Shown piece by piece: positions 63,310 to 64,000 of a DNA stretch of 64,000 nt. The notes under the pieces were generated by a model. The model saw only the letters and a list, made by a program, of their open reading frames with translations, was not told the origin of the DNA and did no database searches. Position numbers and translations under genes: made by a program. The stretch is from Eledone cirrhosa (Eukaryota), in assembly GCA_964016885.1 (NCBI GenBank), contig OZ024745.1:76260001-76324000 (forward strand), given 5' to 3'. Numbering within the stretch: position 1 is the stretch's first letter; each line of letters starts with the position of its first letter.

Positions 63310-64000
63310 TAATCTATCTCCAGTTGGATATTTTTCTCGACTACGAATCATTTCAATTATGATAGGCTGAGTAATAATTGTTTCTACCTTTAGCACAAGG
63401 CCAGCAATTATCCAGTGCATTACTGGTACTTTATTTTATCGACCTCGTAAGGATGAAAGGCAAAGTTAACCTCGACGGGATTTGAAGTAATAATGGCAAC
63501 TTATTAAACAGAACGACAACTCAATTCCCTTGTTTGGTTTTGTATATTATATTTATGGCATTGATGGTTATAATTATTCAATAGTCTAATTACCTTTCCA
63601 TTTATTTTAAATATATTTCTCGAGTTTTATTTATTTGACAAATTTCAATTCGGTTATATAATGTTTGCAATAACAAAAAGAAAAAGAAAGAGGGAAAAAA
63701 TTAAATAACAAAAGTAAGGAAAAGGTTTAGGGGAAGGGAAGGCAGAAAGGCAATGTTTAAATAAAAAAAGAGAGGAAAAAAACTGTGTGGAAACTTAAGA
63801 AGGAATACCAAACAATACTAAAAAACAAACAAACAAATCCTAGTTTAAAACAGTAAAGAAAATGTAAAGGATGGGCTGAACAAGCGAGCCAACACCAGAG
63901 CAAAAGACAGCAGCGAGGGGTACTGGGCGACCTCTCTAATGACTTTTGAGGCAAGCCAGCACACACGCAGCGTTGCCTCGGGTGATGGCTAGGCTAATGC

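Noticed and set aside
63840-64000. GC-richer sequence at the window edge, possibly a TE end or exon
   Set aside because: Truncated by the window and no diagnostic motif

Overview
Eukaryotic, AT-rich, repeat-dense genomic DNA; the SINE/RTE content suggests an octopod cephalopod (inference). Genes reconstructed by hand from GT-AG exons, all on +: the last three coding exons of a KCNQ1-type K+ channel (525-7082), a complete 4-exon RPS26 (17345-22627) and a complete 7-exon YJU2/CCDC94 (30477-44236, 340 aa). An intact tRNA-Arg(ACG) lies on - (29952-30024), divergent to YJU2. The rest is mostly mobile DNA: two tRNA-derived SINE families, RTE, L1/Tx1, CRE and Penelope-like (PLE) retroelements, a Gypsy-like relic, and piggyBac (with MITEs), Helitron, hAT, mariner and Chapaev3-like DNA transposons. 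The most notable signal is invisible in the ORF track: a cluster of minimal type-I hammerhead ribozyme motifs with palindromic stem III at 45.1-52.5 kb. It includes a young composite insertion (48813-52576) with two apparently identical 281-bp inverted hammerhead-bearing arms, a PLE endonuclease tail and an intact 5'-truncated Tx1-like LINE at the inversion junction, bracketed by one candidate 15-bp TSD. All folds and alignments were done by eye and no searches were run.
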